Below are positions 30,579 to 39,458 of a stretch of 64,000 nucleotides of DNA, piece after piece; the stretch's first letter is position 1; each line of letters begins with the position of its first letter. The notes below the pieces were generated by a model. That model saw nothing but the letters and a program-made list of their open reading frames with translations. It ran no database searches and was not told the DNA's origin. The translations under genes were made by a program, and so were the position numbers. This DNA is from an uncultured Gemmatimonadales bacterium. Lineage in GTDB: Bacteria; Gemmatimonadota; Gemmatimonadetes; Longimicrobiales; RSA9. Location of the stretch: the NCBI GenBank assembly GCA_963816355.1, contig CAWFKH010000003.1, forward strand, positions 1,088,001 to 1,152,000. Reading direction: 5' to 3'.

Positions 30579-31457
30579 CTAGAGGACCTCGCGTATCAGG
30601 GAGACCACGTCGGAGGGGCGCTTCATGACCCCGATCCCGTGGCGCTCGAATGCCTCGATCTTCTCCTCGGCGGTGCCGGCGGAGCCGCTGATGATGGCGC
30701 CGGCGTGACCCATGCGGCGTCCCGGCGGCGCGGTCTGCCCCGCGATGAAGCCGACGACCGGTTTGGAGACGTGTTCGGAAACGTAGCGGGCGGCGTTCTG
30801 CTCGTCGGTGCCGCCGATCTCACCGATCATGACGATGGCGCTGGTGCCGGCGTCCTTCTCGAACGCGTCGAGGCAGTCGATGAAGGAGGTGCCGTTGATC
30901 GGATCGCCCCCGATGCCGATGCAGGTGGACTGTCCGATGCCTGCCTGGGTGAGCTGGAAGACGACCTCGTACGTGAGGGTGCCGGAGCGTGAGACGACGC
31001 CCACCGGCCCCTCCGCCACGATCTGGCCGGGCAGGATCCCGACCTTGGACTGCCCGGGAGCGATGATGCCGGGGCAATTCGCGCCGAGCAGCCGCGCCCC
31101 CTTGTCCCGCACGAAGGGGAGCACCCGCATCATGTCGATGACCGGAATCCCTTCGGTGATCGCGACGATGAAGCCGATCCCCGCATCCGCCGCCTCCAGG
31201 ATCGCGTCGGCCGCGAACGCGGGCGGGACGTAGATGACGGAGCACGTCGCCCCGGTCTCCCGCACGGCCGCCTCCATCGTGTCGAAGACCGGCACAGCGC
31301 CGCCTTCGGCTTCGAATCGCTGGCCACCCTTGCCGGGCGTGACCCCGCCGACGACGCGCGTGCCGTAGTCGATCATCTGGCGGGTGTGGAAGGAACCGTC
31401 GCGCCCGGTAATGCCCTGTACGAGCACGCGCGTTTCCCGATCGATGAATATGGACAT
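30579..31457 (-). CDS. sucD: Succinyl-CoA synthetase alpha subunit
   Basis: [34 protein letters not shown] phospho-His. Confidence 0.98.
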   Translation of the reverse strand: MSIFIDRETRVLVQGITGRDGSFHTRQMIDYGTRVVGGVTPGKGGQRFEAEGGAVPVFDTMEAAVRETGATCSVIYVPPAFAADAILEAADAGIGFIVAITEGIPVIDMMRVLPFVRDKGARLLGANCPGIIAPGQSKVGILPGQIVAEGPVGVVSRSGTLTYEVVFQLTQAGIGQSTCIGIGGDPINGTSFIDCLDAFEKDAGTSAIVMIGEIGGTDEQNAARYVSEHVSKPVVGFIAGQTAPPGRRMGHAGAIISGSAGTAEEKIEAFERHGIGVMKRPSDVVSLIREVL

Positions 31458-31489
31458 GGCGAATATTCCTCGTGCGATCTCGCGTGTGA

Positions 31490-32623
31490 TCAGCGGCCGG
31501 CGAGCTGGACCGCCTTCTGGACCACCTCGTCCATCGAGGTCGACGCGCCGAAGCCCGCCCCCTCGAGGATCTCCATCGCTGCGTCTTCGTTCGTGCCGGT
31601 GAGGCGGATGACGAGCGGCACGTCGATCGCGATGCGCCGCGTCGCCTCCACGATGCCGTTGGCGACGTCGTCGCAACGCGTGATCCCGCCGAAGATGTTG
31701 AACAGGATGACGCGCACGTTCGGGTCGCTGGTGATGATCTGGAGCGCGCTCACGACCTTGTCCGGATTCGACGAGCCGCCGACGTCCAGGAAGTTGGCCG
31801 GCTCCCCCCCGTACAGCTTGATCAGGTCCATCGTCGCCATGGCGAGGCCCGCGCCGTTCACCACCGCGCCGATGTCACCGTCCAGCTTGATGTAGGTGAG
31901 GCCGGCCTCCCGCGCGCGCGTCTCGGCCGGCGGCTCGGCGCTCGTGTCCCGCAGCGCGGCCACGTCGGAGCGCCGGAAGAGCTCGTTGTCGTCAATGTTC
32001 ATCTTCGCGTCGATCGCGCGGATCTCTCCGCCGGGCGTCGCGATCAGCGGGTTGATCTCGGCGAGCGAGGCGCCGGAATCGACGAAGGCCGCGTAGAGCT
32101 GGCGCAGGATGCCGGCGCAGGCACGCTGCTGCGCGAAGTCGTCGTAGAGCGCGGCGCCGAGCCAGTACGCCTGGTGTGGTAGCAGACCGTAGCGCGGATC
32201 GACGGCGAGGCGCCGGATCGCTTCCGGCTTCGTCGCGGCGACCTCCTCGATGTCGATGCCTCCCTCGCGGCTGACCATGAAAACCGGCCGCTGGCTCGCG
32301 CGGTCCACCACGATCCCCACGTACGCCTCGCTGGCGATCTCCTCCGCCGGCGTGACGAGCACCTTCTCGACCCGCAGCCCCTTGATCTCCATGCCGAGGA
32401 TCGCCGCGGCGCGCTCGCGCGCCTGCGCCGCGCCATCGGCCAGCTTCACGCCGCCCGCCTTGCCGCGGCCGCCCGCGTGCACCTGCGCCTTCACCACGAC
32501 GCGGCCGCCGAAGCCGGAGGCGATCCGCTCCGCCTCCTCGGGCGTCGCCGCGACCTCTCCCGGCGGCACCGGGATGCCGTGCGCGCGCAGGATCTCCTTC
32601 GCCTGGTACTCGTGTATGTTCAT
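31490..32623 (-). CDS. sucC: Succinyl-CoA synthetase beta subunit
   Basis: [48 protein letters not shown]. Confidence 0.98.
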   Translation of the reverse strand: MNIHEYQAKEILRAHGIPVPPGEVAATPEEAERIASGFGGRVVVKAQVHAGGRGKAGGVKLADGAAQARERAAAILGMEIKGLRVEKVLVTPAEEIASEAYVGIVVDRASQRPVFMVSREGGIDIEEVAATKPEAIRRLAVDPRYGLLPHQAYWLGAALYDDFAQQRACAGILRQLYAAFVDSGASLAEINPLIATPGGEIRAIDAKMNIDDNELFRRSDVAALRDTSAEPPAETRAREAGLTYIKLDGDIGAVVNGAGLAMATMDLIKLYGGEPANFLDVGGSSNPDKVVSALQIITSDPNVRVILFNIFGGITRCDDVANGIVEATRRIAIDVPLVIRLTGTNEDAAMEILEGAGFGASTSMDEVVQKAVQLAGR

Positions 32624-32633
32624 CGCTCCGCCT

Positions 32634-33623
32634 TCATTCGGGTTTCGAGCCGCGTCCGGACGCAGCCGCCTCGCCGGCGGCGATCAGTGTCCCCGCCTCC
32701 CCCCTCACCGCCGCGAGACCTCGGTCGAGCCGCGCGATGTGCGCGCGCCGCCCTGGACCGCCGCGGACGAAGTCGATCGCCGCACCCACCTTCGGCGCCA
32801 TGCTTCCCTGCCCCAGCTCGCCCGCCGCGAGGAGGCGCGACGCCTCCTCCGGCGTGAGGCGCCGCAGCAACTCCTGCTCCGCAGCGCCGTAGTGGCGGTA
32901 GACGCCCTCGACGTTCGTCAGGACGAGCAGCACTTCCGCGCCGAGGTCGCTCGCCAGGACCTGTGCGGCGCGGTCCTTGTCGATGACGGCGTCGACGCCC
33001 TCCAGTCCGAGGAAGGGGTCGTGGCGCACCGGCGTGCCGCCGCCTCCCGCGGCGATGACGATCGTGCCGTGTTCGAGGAGGCGGCGGATCGAGCCGCCCT
33101 CGACGATCGAGATCGGCCGCGGCGAAGGCACGAGCCGCCGCCAGCCACCGGAGGCGGGGCCCACCGCCCAGCCGACCTCGGCCTCCAGCGCGTGCGCCGC
33201 GGCCTCGCTCATCGTGCGTCCGATCGGCTTGATCGGCTCGTGCGTGGCGGGATCCTCCGCGTCGACGAGCACCTGGGTCACGAGCGTGACGACATCGCGC
33301 TTCACGCCTGCGCGGCCGAGCGCGTTTTCGAGCGACTGCTGGATCATGTAGCCGATCCAGCCGGCGGTCGCCGCGACCAGCACGCCGAGCGGCAGCGGCG
33401 GGAGTTCCGCACGCGCGAGCTCGTTGCGCTGCAGCTCGTCGCCGATCTGCGGGCCGTTGCCGTGGACGATGGCGATCCGCCAGCCCGCGGTCGCGAGGGA
33501 GACGATCGGCCCGAGGCTCTCCCGCGTGTGGGCGAACTGCTCGTGGATGTCGCCACGCTCGCCGGGCGGCATGAGCGCGTTGCCGCCGAGCGCGACGACG
33601 ATCGTCGGCGGCGGCCCATCCAC
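32634..33623 (-). CDS. arcC: Carbamate kinase
   Basis: VALGGNAL, HGNGPQIG, KPIG, WRRLVPSP, AVIDKD, GSMAPK; GTG 33623 preferred because the upstream ATGs lie inside the predicted -10 box. Confidence 0.93.
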   Translation of the reverse strand: MDGPPPTIVVALGGNALMPPGERGDIHEQFAHTRESLGPIVSLATAGWRIAIVHGNGPQIGDELQRNELARAELPPLPLGVLVAATAGWIGYMIQQSLENALGRAGVKRDVVTLVTQVLVDAEDPATHEPIKPIGRTMSEAAAHALEAEVGWAVGPASGGWRRLVPSPRPISIVEGGSIRRLLEHGTIVIAAGGGGTPVRHDPFLGLEGVDAVIDKDRAAQVLASDLGAEVLLVLTNVEGVYRHYGAAEQELLRRLTPEEASRLLAAGELGQGSMAPKVGAAIDFVRGGPGRRAHIARLDRGLAAVRGEAGTLIAAGEAAASGRGSKPE

Positions 33624-33642
33624 CCCCTTTTCGGGCAGCGGC

Positions 33643-33671
33643 ATCATAACCCTGGCCGGGGGTGGTTGCAA
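33643..33671 (-). promoter_or_regulatory. sigma70 promoter of arcC-sucC-sucD-EIIA/CBS-ndk
   Basis: TTGCAA-N17-TATGAT. Confidence 0.65.
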
Positions 33672-33685
33672 GCGACGCGCACCCC

Positions 33686-33717
33686 CCGGAATGGCGCGTC
33701 GGGACGCGGGATTCCGG
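33686..33717 (-). terminator. Imperfect hairpin just after the UPF0182 stop (no U-tract)
   Basis: CCGGAAT-gg-CGCGTC-gg-GACGCG-gg-ATTCCGG. Confidence 0.4.
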
Positions 33718-33720
33718 CAC

Positions 33721-36459
33721 TCAGCCGGAGGGCGTCGAGGGCGCCGCAGGCGGCGTGTTTCCGAGGTCGCGGAGATAGCCGCGCAGGCGGTTCCACGCCG
33801 TGCCGAAGCCCGCCCAGTCCCCGGTCCGGAGCCGGTCCTCGGCGTCCTTCATCAGCTCGAGCGCACGCGCCGGCCAGTCGAGGCCCGGCGTCAGGCCGGG
33901 AGGCCCGGTTTCCTCCAGCTGCGGCAGGCTCCCCGGCGCGCCTTTGGAGAGCGCCTCCGTCGCCGTCTCCAGAGTCGTGCCGAGCGCCACCGCGCGGCCG
34001 TCGCTCACGACGACGCGACCCAGTATGGGGATCGCGCCCTCCTTCGCGGAGAGGTAGAGCGGAAGTACGTAGAGGAAGCCGCTGTCGACCGGGACGAGTC
34101 TCAGATGGCCCACGTCGACGGTGCTGCCGGCCTGCCGCCACAGGGAAAGCGCCTGCGAGATCTGCGCGTCCTGCTCGATCAGTGCGTGCACCTGCGTCGG
34201 GCCCGGGACCTGCTGGTCGCGCGGCAGCTCGAGCAGCGTCACCTCGCCGTAGTGCGGCGGATCGTTCCGCGCGATCAGCAGCGCCGTCATGTTGTGCCGC
34301 TGCCGCGCGACGAACGGCATCGTCAGCAGGAACTCCGGCTGCGAGTCGCCCGGCATCGGCGCCAGCAGGAAGGTGGGCATGTACGGCCGCGGCACCCCCT
34401 CGGCGCCCGCCTCGTTGGCGACGGCCCAGACGTCCTGACCGGCGAAAAAGTCGGCGGCGCTGTTCAGGTGGTACGCGTCGAGGATGTCGGCCTGGATCTG
34501 GAGCAGCGCGGCCGGATAGCGCAGGTGGCGGCGAAGCGGGAGCGGCATGGAGTCGAGCGGCTGGACGAGCCCGGGGAAGACGCGCTCGAAGGTGCGCAGG
34601 ATCGGGTCGGAGGGATCGATGGCGTAGAGCGACACCGCGCCGGTCACCGCGTCGACCGTCCCCTTCACGCTGTTCCGCAGGTAGCGGACGCGCCCGACGT
34701 TCGGCATGTCCACGGGGTGCGCGAGCGGGAACGTGCCGGACGCGGTGAAGCCGTCCACCACCCACACCAGCCGCCCGCCCGTGAGGACGGGGTAGGGATC
34801 CGTGTCCCAGATCACCCAGCGGGCGACCTCGCTCAGGCGCCGCCGCACGATGCGGTGGAACACGATCCGGCTGGAGCGGCTGATCTCGCTGGAGAAGAGC
34901 AGGTTCTTCTCGCCGAATCGCAGCGCAAACGCCGCCAGGCGCGGCAGAGAGCCGAGGCGCACGCCACGCGGATAGTCCCGCCCCGGAACGCCGGTGAACG
35001 CGCTGTCGCGGCCCGGAACGACCACGGCGTACTCACCCATGCTCTGTCCGAAGAAGACGCTCGCGTTGCGGATCTCGACGTCCGGCGGCGCCTCCGGGCT
35101 GCGCCGGATCGGATTGATGTTCTCGATCCAGTAGACCGGCTCGCCCTGCGCCGAACCTTCGTCGGCCGGCGTGAGCACCGCGCCGCGGCCGCGGATGAAC
35201 TGGGGGTTGAGGTGCAGCGTCTGCCACGTACGCGTCGCCGGCGGCAGCGGGCTCGGCTCGAACTCCCGGGCGGAGATGCCCACCTGCCGCTCTCCGCCGG
35301 GAGGACCGTAGCGGTCGAAATCGACATCCGGGAAGTGGTAGTACGTGTAGATCGGCTGGGCCTGGTTGAAATTCGTCTTCAGCGGCTCCAGGTCCCACAC
35401 GGAGACGCGCTCGATGCGGCGCTTCATGCGAGACCACTCCGGCAACGAGCTCGACACGTACGCGAAGCGCTCGCGCTTCAGACGGTCGAGGCCGTACGCT
35501 CGCCGCGTGAAGTCGATGTTCGAACGGATGTAGGGCGTTTCGCGCGCGAGCTGGTTCGGCTCCACCGTGAAGCGCTGGACGATCCCCGGATACACCTGCT
35601 CGAGCACGAAGCCGCCCACGGCGAGCGTCGCGAGCGCCGCGAGCGCCGGCACCCAGCGGCTCCGCCACCCGGCGTAGGCGACCGCGAGCGCGGCGGCGGC
35701 GGTGAGGACGGCCACGGCAGTCGCCGCGGGGAGGCGCGCCTGCACGTCGGTGAAGCCCACCCCATCCGCGTCGGCCAGCAGGATCTCGTAGCGGCCGAGC
35801 CAGGCGCGCGCGGCGATCGCGAGCAGGATCAGCGCGGCGAGCGCGATGAGATGAACGCGCGCCTGAGGGGTGACCTGCAGGCGACGCTCCTCCCAGCGAA
35901 GCATGCCGAGCAGCCCGTAGCCGACGGCGACCAGCGCCAGACTCCACAGCAGCGCGAGCAGCAGGAACGCCGTGAAGTGCTGATACGTGGGCAGGCTGAA
36001 GACGTAGAAGGCGAGATCGTGGTGGAAGATGGGATCGGTCGTCCCCCACGGCACGCGCCGCAGCCAGGCGAGCACGGAGATCCCTGCTTCGCCGCCGAAC
36101 TCGAGCGCCGCGAGCCACCAGCCGGCGAGCACCGACGCGAGCACGACGAGCAGCACGAGATAGGAGCGCGGGACCTGCTCCGAGATCTCGAGGTTGCCGT
36201 AGCGCCGACGCAGCTGGACCGCCCCCATCCGCCGCACCACCGTCGCCAGGTTGGCCAGCACGATCCCGCCGCCCACGAGCATCGCCACCAGGCGCACCAC
36301 GGCGGCCGCTCCGAGGCGCTTCCAGAAGACGGAAACGTACCCGGCCGACGCGTACCAGAGCCCGTCCGTGTAGAGCAGAACGGCCGCGCGGCTGCCGATC
36401 AGCAGCGCGATCAGCGCGGCTGCCGCCAGCAGCAGGATGCGACGTCGCCGTGTCCGCAT
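33721..36459 (-). CDS. UPF0182 family membrane protein
   Basis: TDGLWYASAGY, DPIFHHDLAFYVFSLP, VEPNQLARETPYI..NIDFTRRAYGL, YLRNSVK..VDAVTG, HLRYP. Confidence 0.93.
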   Translation of the reverse strand: MRTRRRRILLLAAAALIALLIGSRAAVLLYTDGLWYASAGYVSVFWKRLGAAAVVRLVAMLVGGGIVLANLATVVRRMGAVQLRRRYGNLEISEQVPRSYLVLLVVLASVLAGWWLAALEFGGEAGISVLAWLRRVPWGTTDPIFHHDLAFYVFSLPTYQHFTAFLLLALLWSLALVAVGYGLLGMLRWEERRLQVTPQARVHLIALAALILLAIAARAWLGRYEILLADADGVGFTDVQARLPAATAVAVLTAAAALAVAYAGWRSRWVPALAALATLAVGGFVLEQVYPGIVQRFTVEPNQLARETPYIRSNIDFTRRAYGLDRLKRERFAYVSSSLPEWSRMKRRIERVSVWDLEPLKTNFNQAQPIYTYYHFPDVDFDRYGPPGGERQVGISAREFEPSPLPPATRTWQTLHLNPQFIRGRGAVLTPADEGSAQGEPVYWIENINPIRRSPEAPPDVEIRNASVFFGQSMGEYAVVVPGRDSAFTGVPGRDYPRGVRLGSLPRLAAFALRFGEKNLLFSSEISRSSRIVFHRIVRRRLSEVARWVIWDTDPYPVLTGGRLVWVVDGFTASGTFPLAHPVDMPNVGRVRYLRNSVKGTVDAVTGAVSLYAIDPSDPILRTFERVFPGLVQPLDSMPLPLRRHLRYPAALLQIQADILDAYHLNSAADFFAGQDVWAVANEAGAEGVPRPYMPTFLLAPMPGDSQPEFLLTMPFVARQRHNMTALLIARNDPPHYGEVTLLELPRDQQVPGPTQVHALIEQDAQISQALSLWRQAGSTVDVGHLRLVPVDSGFLYVLPLYLSAKEGAIPILGRVVVSDGRAVALGTTLETATEALSKGAPGSLPQLEETGPPGLTPGLDWPARALELMKDAEDRLRTGDWAGFGTAWNRLRGYLRDLGNTPPAAPSTPSG

Positions 36460-36460
36460 C

Positions 36461-37828
36461 CTACACCTCGACCCCCTGCCCTCGCAGCCAACCCTCCATC
36501 TCGGCGCGGATGGCGGCGAGCCGCTCCTCGTCGCGCGCCTCGAAGCGGAGCACGAGAACCGGCTGCGTGTTCGACGCCCGCAGCAACCCCCAGCCGCCGT
36601 CGAAGAGCACGCGCGCGCCATCGACGTCGATCACGTCGTGGTCGCGGCGAAACGCCTCCGCCGCCCGCTCGACGATCGACCACTTCCGCTCCTCGTCCAC
36701 CTCCACGCGGATCTCCGGCGTCGAGACGTAGTGCGGAAAGCGGTCGACCAGCGCGGAGAACGGACGCTCGGCGCGCGCCAGCAGGTCGATCAGCCGGCAC
36801 GCGGCGTACGGCGCGTCGTCGAAGCCGTAGAAGTCGTCGGCGATGCAGATGTGGCCCGAAAGCTCGCCCGCGATCGGGGCGCCCACCTCCTTCATCTTCT
36901 TCTTGATGAGCGAATGCCCCGTCTTCCACAGGATCGGCTCACCGCCCGCCGCGGAGAAGACCTCCGGCACCGCCTGCGAGCACTTCACGTCGAAGACCAT
37001 CTTCTGCCCGGGACCGCGCCGCTCGAGGATGTCCAGGCCGAGGAGCAGGAGCAGCAGGTCGCCGCGGACGACGTCGCCGTTCTCGTCCACCGCGCCGATG
37101 CGGTCCGCGTCGCCGTCGAACGCGACGCCAAGGTCCGCGCCCTCCGCCCGCACCGTGCGCACGAGGTCGACCAGGTTCGCGTCGACCGTGGGGTCGGGAT
37201 GGTGGTTCGGGAAGGTGCCGTCGGAGTCGCAGTAGAGCGGTGTCACGCTGGCGCCGATCCCCTCCAGCAGCGCCATCGCCACCAGGCTGCCGGTCCCGTT
37301 GCCGCAGTCGACCACCACCTTCATCGGCCGCGCCAGATCGAAGCGGCCGATCACGTCCGCGATGTAGTCGTCCAGCGGCTCCCACCGCTCCCGCACGCCC
37401 TCGCCCGACGCGAAATCCTCCGCCTCGATGCGACGGCGCATCCGCTGGATGTCGTCGCCGTACAGCGTGCGCGCGCCGCACGTCATCTTGAAGCCGTTGT
37501 ACTCCGGCGGATTGTGGGAGCCGGTGACCTGCAGACCGCCGTCGGCGCCGTAGTGCACCGTCGCGTAGTAGAGCACGGGCGTGGGCACCGTCCCGACGTC
37601 GATCACGTCGACGCCCGCAGCGCGGATGCCGGCGATCACGCCCGCCGCCAGGGCCGGCGAGCTGGGTCGGTTGTCGTGGCCGACGACCACGCGCCGCTGG
37701 CGCTCCGTCCCCGGTTCGGCTCGAACCTCGCTCCCGTAGGCGCGCCCGATCGCCACCGGCACGTCACCGGTGAGATCGCGCTCGACCACGCCGCGGATGT
37801 CGTATTCCCGGAAGATGTGCTCGTTCAC
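36461..37828 (-). CDS. Phosphomannomutase/phosphoglucomutase (AlgC-like)
   Basis: FREYDIRG, TGSHNP, FDGDADR, GELSGH, RASNT. Confidence 0.95.
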   Translation of the reverse strand: MNEHIFREYDIRGVVERDLTGDVPVAIGRAYGSEVRAEPGTERQRRVVVGHDNRPSSPALAAGVIAGIRAAGVDVIDVGTVPTPVLYYATVHYGADGGLQVTGSHNPPEYNGFKMTCGARTLYGDDIQRMRRRIEAEDFASGEGVRERWEPLDDYIADVIGRFDLARPMKVVVDCGNGTGSLVAMALLEGIGASVTPLYCDSDGTFPNHHPDPTVDANLVDLVRTVRAEGADLGVAFDGDADRIGAVDENGDVVRGDLLLLLLGLDILERRGPGQKMVFDVKCSQAVPEVFSAAGGEPILWKTGHSLIKKKMKEVGAPIAGELSGHICIADDFYGFDDAPYAACRLIDLLARAERPFSALVDRFPHYVSTPEIRVEVDEERKWSIVERAAEAFRRDHDVIDVDGARVLFDGGWGLLRASNTQPVLVLRFEARDEERLAAIRAEMEGWLRGQGVEV

Positions 37829-37881
37829 CGTGCCGCCCTCGTTCTCTCAGCGATGATTGGGTGCGCCGCGGCGCTGCGGCC

Positions 37882-39390
37882 TCAGCGCGCCAGGCCGGCG
37901 AGCGAGGCCGATCCGTGCACCAGCGCGAGTGCGCTGCGCTCCGCGGCGCCCAGCAGCACGCCGGGGAAGAGGCCGAGGAAGACGACGCCGACGACCGCGA
38001 TGGCGAGCGCGACCTGCAGCGCGGGCGCCACTTGCAGCCGCTCCTGCGCGACGGCGGTCGCCTCGCGGAACCACATGTACCACGCCACGCGAAGGTAGTA
38101 CCAGTACGACACGAGCGAAGCGACGACGAGGATGATGGAGAGCGCGACGAAGCCCTTGTCGAGCGCGGCGCGGAGGATGAACACCTTGCCGATGAAGCCG
38201 CCCGTGAAGGGGAACCCGGCCAGGGAGAGGAGGAAGATCGTCATGACGACGCCGACGAACGGCTGGCGCCAGCCGAGGCCGGTGTACGACTCGAGGTCCA
38301 GATCGCGCTCGTCCTCGCCCGCGACGACGAGCAGCACCGCGAACGCGCCGATCGTCATCAGCGTGTAGACGACGAGGTAGAAGAGGAACGCCGCACCCCC
38401 GATCGTGCTCGCCGTCGCCACCGCGACGAGCAGGTAGCCGGCGTGCGCCACGCTCGAGTAGGCGAGCATGCGCTTCACGTTCGTCTCCGCCAGCGCGGTC
38501 AGGTTGGCGACGACCATCGTCGCGACCGCCAACCACACGACCACGACGCTCCACGTCGGATAGAGGCCCGGGAAGCCGAGCAGAAAGACGCGGATCATCG
38601 CCGCGAACGCCGCCGCCTTCACCGCCGCCGCCATGTAACCGGTGATCGGCGCGGGCGCGCCCTCGTACGCATCGGGCGTCCACATGTGGAACGGCACCGC
38701 CGCGACCTTGAAGGCGAAGCCGACGACGAGCAGCCCCATTCCGCTCAGCACGAGTGGACCCGCACCGGCACCGTCCGGCCCGGTCGCCGCCGCGATGCGC
38801 GCCAGGTTGACCGAGCCCGCGCCGCCGTAGACGAGCGCGATGCCGAAGACGAAGAACGCGCTCGAGAACGCGCCGAGGAGGAAGTACTTGAGGGCCGCCT
38901 CGGCGGAGCGCCCGTCGCGCCGGTTCGCCCCCGTCAGGACGTAGACCGCGACCGAGAGCAGCTCCAGGCCGAGGAACGTGACCATCAGGTCCTGCGACCC
39001 CGCGAAGATCATCATGCCGACGGTGCCGAAGAGCACCAGCGCGTAGATCTCGCCGAGGCTCATCCGCTCCGTCTCGAGGTAGCGCTTCCCGATCAGCACG
39101 AAGAGGCCGGCGGCGAGGAGGAACAGGTCGTTCGTGAAGATGCGGAAGCCGTCCAGCGCGATCATGCCGTAGGGCGTCGCCGGGCGCACGCGGACGAGCC
39201 ACGCGTTGGCCACGGCGGCCCCGACCACGCCGGCCAGCGAGAGCCACGCCACGACCGGCCGCGAGGGCTCGCTCCGATCTCCCTTCTGGAAGACGTCGAC
39301 GAGGAGCACCAGCATCGCGGCGAACGACAGCACGATCTCGGGCAGCAGCGCGAGAAGGTAGTTCACCTGGTTCGCCAGATCGATGACCAT
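37882..39390 (-). CDS. nuoN: NADH-quinone oxidoreductase subunit N
   Basis: EAALKYFLLG, FKVAAVPFHMWTPDAYEGAP, KRMLAYSSVAHAGY. Confidence 0.96.
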   Translation of the reverse strand: MVIDLANQVNYLLALLPEIVLSFAAMLVLLVDVFQKGDRSEPSRPVVAWLSLAGVVGAAVANAWLVRVRPATPYGMIALDGFRIFTNDLFLLAAGLFVLIGKRYLETERMSLGEIYALVLFGTVGMMIFAGSQDLMVTFLGLELLSVAVYVLTGANRRDGRSAEAALKYFLLGAFSSAFFVFGIALVYGGAGSVNLARIAAATGPDGAGAGPLVLSGMGLLVVGFAFKVAAVPFHMWTPDAYEGAPAPITGYMAAAVKAAAFAAMIRVFLLGFPGLYPTWSVVVVWLAVATMVVANLTALAETNVKRMLAYSSVAHAGYLLVAVATASTIGGAAFLFYLVVYTLMTIGAFAVLLVVAGEDERDLDLESYTGLGWRQPFVGVVMTIFLLSLAGFPFTGGFIGKVFILRAALDKGFVALSIILVVASLVSYWYYLRVAWYMWFREATAVAQERLQVAPALQVALAIAVVGVVFLGLFPGVLLGAAERSALALVHGSASLAGLAR

Positions 39391-39416
39391 TTCGCTCGTT
39401 CGCGTGGGTGCGTGTC

Positions 39417-39458
39417 GCTATTCGCCCGCCGTCATTCGGCGTGCGTCATTCGCCGTGC
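39417..39458 (-). repeat. Three imperfect 14-nt tandem repeats spanning the nuoM stop, forming chained mini-ORFs MTHAE* and MTAGE*
   Basis: gctattcgcccgcc / gtcattcggcgtgc / gtcattcgccgtgc on the + strand. Confidence 0.7.

Noticed and set aside
33424..36906. Very long + strand ORFs (33424-36906, 19513-21993, 22089-24467, 54211-57084 and similar)
   Set aside because: Antisense shadows of well-supported minus-strand genes, expected in very GC-rich DNA with few stop codons; no recognisable motifs.
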